The notes beneath the pieces were generated by a model. The model made no database searches and had not been told where the DNA came from. It saw only the letters and a list, made by a program, of their open reading frames with translations. From Octopus sinensis (taxonomy: Eukaryota), in the NCBI RefSeq assembly GCF_006345805.1, contig NC_042999.1, positions 3,596,001-3,660,000 on the forward strand: a stretch of 64,000 nucleotides of DNA, in the 5' to 3' direction. Both the position numbers and the translations under genes were made by a program. Every line of letters starts with the position of its first letter. The stretch's first letter is position 1. This document shows positions 62,600 to 64,000 of the stretch, in pieces.

Positions 62600-62882
62600 G
62601 TGGTACATGGAAAGCTGTGATGTTCATGAACATATTGATAACTTCATTTTAGAATTCATACGTAAAAAGTATATATATATATATATACACACCACACACA
62701 TATATATATATATATACACACACATATATATATACACACACACATATATATATATACATAGATATATATATATGCACACACACACACACACACACATATA
62801 GATACATATATATATATATATATACACACACATATATATATATATCCTTTTTACATATGAATTCTAGAATGAAGTTATCAAT
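62298..62882. repeat. Two nested inverted-repeat pairs bracketing microsatellites
   Basis: 62298-62323 vs 62603-62628; 62634-62669 vs 62847-62882; palindrome ATGTTCATGAACAT 62620-62633. Confidence 0.8.
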
Positions 62883-63094
62883 GTCTTTTATATTCTTCAT
62901 GGCTATATCTAGTTACCTCATCATACTTACTAATACTTATAAGATTTATTGATCTAAAATAGAAGAGAGATCAAATTGTCTTTGACAGGTGTCAGTGACA
63001 TAAACCTAAATTTTCACTTCCCATTTTGCATCACTGAGCTAACATCTTTTACATCACAAAACTTTTACTGCCACTGTCTCATATATATATACAT

Positions 63095-63490
63095 ATATTC
63101 TTTTACTTGTTTCAGTCATTTGACTGTGGCCATGCTGGAGCACCGCCTTTAGTTGAGCAAATCGACCCCAGGACTTATTCTTTGTAAGCCTAGTACTTAT
63201 TCTATCGGTTTTTTTGCTGAATCGCTAAGTTACGGGGATGTAAACACACCAGCATCAGCTGTCAAGCGATGTTGTAGGGGGCACACACTAACATATACAC
63301 ATACACACACATATACATATATATGTATACATACATACAACGGGCTTCTTTCCGTTTCCGTCTACAAAATCCACTCACAAGGCTTTGGTTGTTGTGAGGC
63401 TATAGCAGAAGACACTTGCCCATGGTGCCACGTAGTGGGACTGAACCCGGAACCATGTGGTTGGTAAGCAAGCTACTTACCACACAGCTT
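63095..63490 (-). mobile_element. SINE family B
   Basis: Matches family B. Confidence 0.85.
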
Positions 63491-64000
63491 TATAAGTGAA
63501 TTTGGTAGACAGAAACAGTGTGAAAGCCCATCATATATGTATATCTGTTTATGTCTGTGTGTCTCCCCATCTCAATCACTTCACAACTGTTGTTGGTTTG
63601 TATACGTCCCTTTAACTTTAGTGATTCAGCTAATGGGGAACAATAAAATAAATACCAGACTTAAAAATAGAAGTTCTGGGGATGATCTACTCAACTAAAC
63701 TCTTCAAGAGTGGTGCTGCAGCATGGCTGCATTCCAAAGACTGAGAAACAAGATAAAAGATTTTATTTTTATTTCTGTTTATCTAATTCTTTGTACCACT
63801 TGCATCCCCTCATTATCATACCATTTGCTTCTGACAGCTTCCTTATTATCATCCTCATCCTGCCCTTCAGCCTGATGTTGTTCCTTCTCTAGGAGGTCAT
63901 CTTGTGATTCAAGTTCATAATAGTTTGATACTCAGCCATTGTCTATTAATCTTCATAGTTTAAGTATCATTTCTCAATTCTCACAGTGTACACGCCAGGC

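Overview
AT-rich, microsatellite- and repeat-saturated eukaryotic DNA. The repeat landscape (tRNA-derived SINEs, RTE LINEs with (GAT)n tails, long (TA)n tracts) is most consistent with an octopod cephalopod genome; this is inference. I could not support any host protein-coding gene, and most ORFs in the track are translations of microsatellites or repeats. Main features: (1) a young, nearly intact minus-strand RTE-clade LINE (about 54432-60296) with APE endonuclease, RT, a PHD-type Zn finger inside ORF2, a 62-bp VNTR in the 3' UTR and ~650-bp tandem monomers at the 5' end; (2) four tRNA-type SINE families and many truncated LINE 3' ends; (3) decayed mariner, maT (DD37D), hAT, piggyBac, Helitron-like, Penelope GIY-YIG and R4/Dong-like remnants; (4) about 13 type I hammerhead ribozyme (HHR) motifs from about 8 sequence families, found by reading the sequence. 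The HHRs sit in non-coding 360-420-nt partial-tandem monomers and in tail-out inverted pairs. One pair has a 12-bp target-site duplication (TSD), and two families carry a non-canonical U3-A8 core. This resembles a Penelope-associated, retrozyme-like system. All structures were folded by eye, and repeat boundaries are approximate unless a TSD or terminal inverted repeat (TIR) is quoted.
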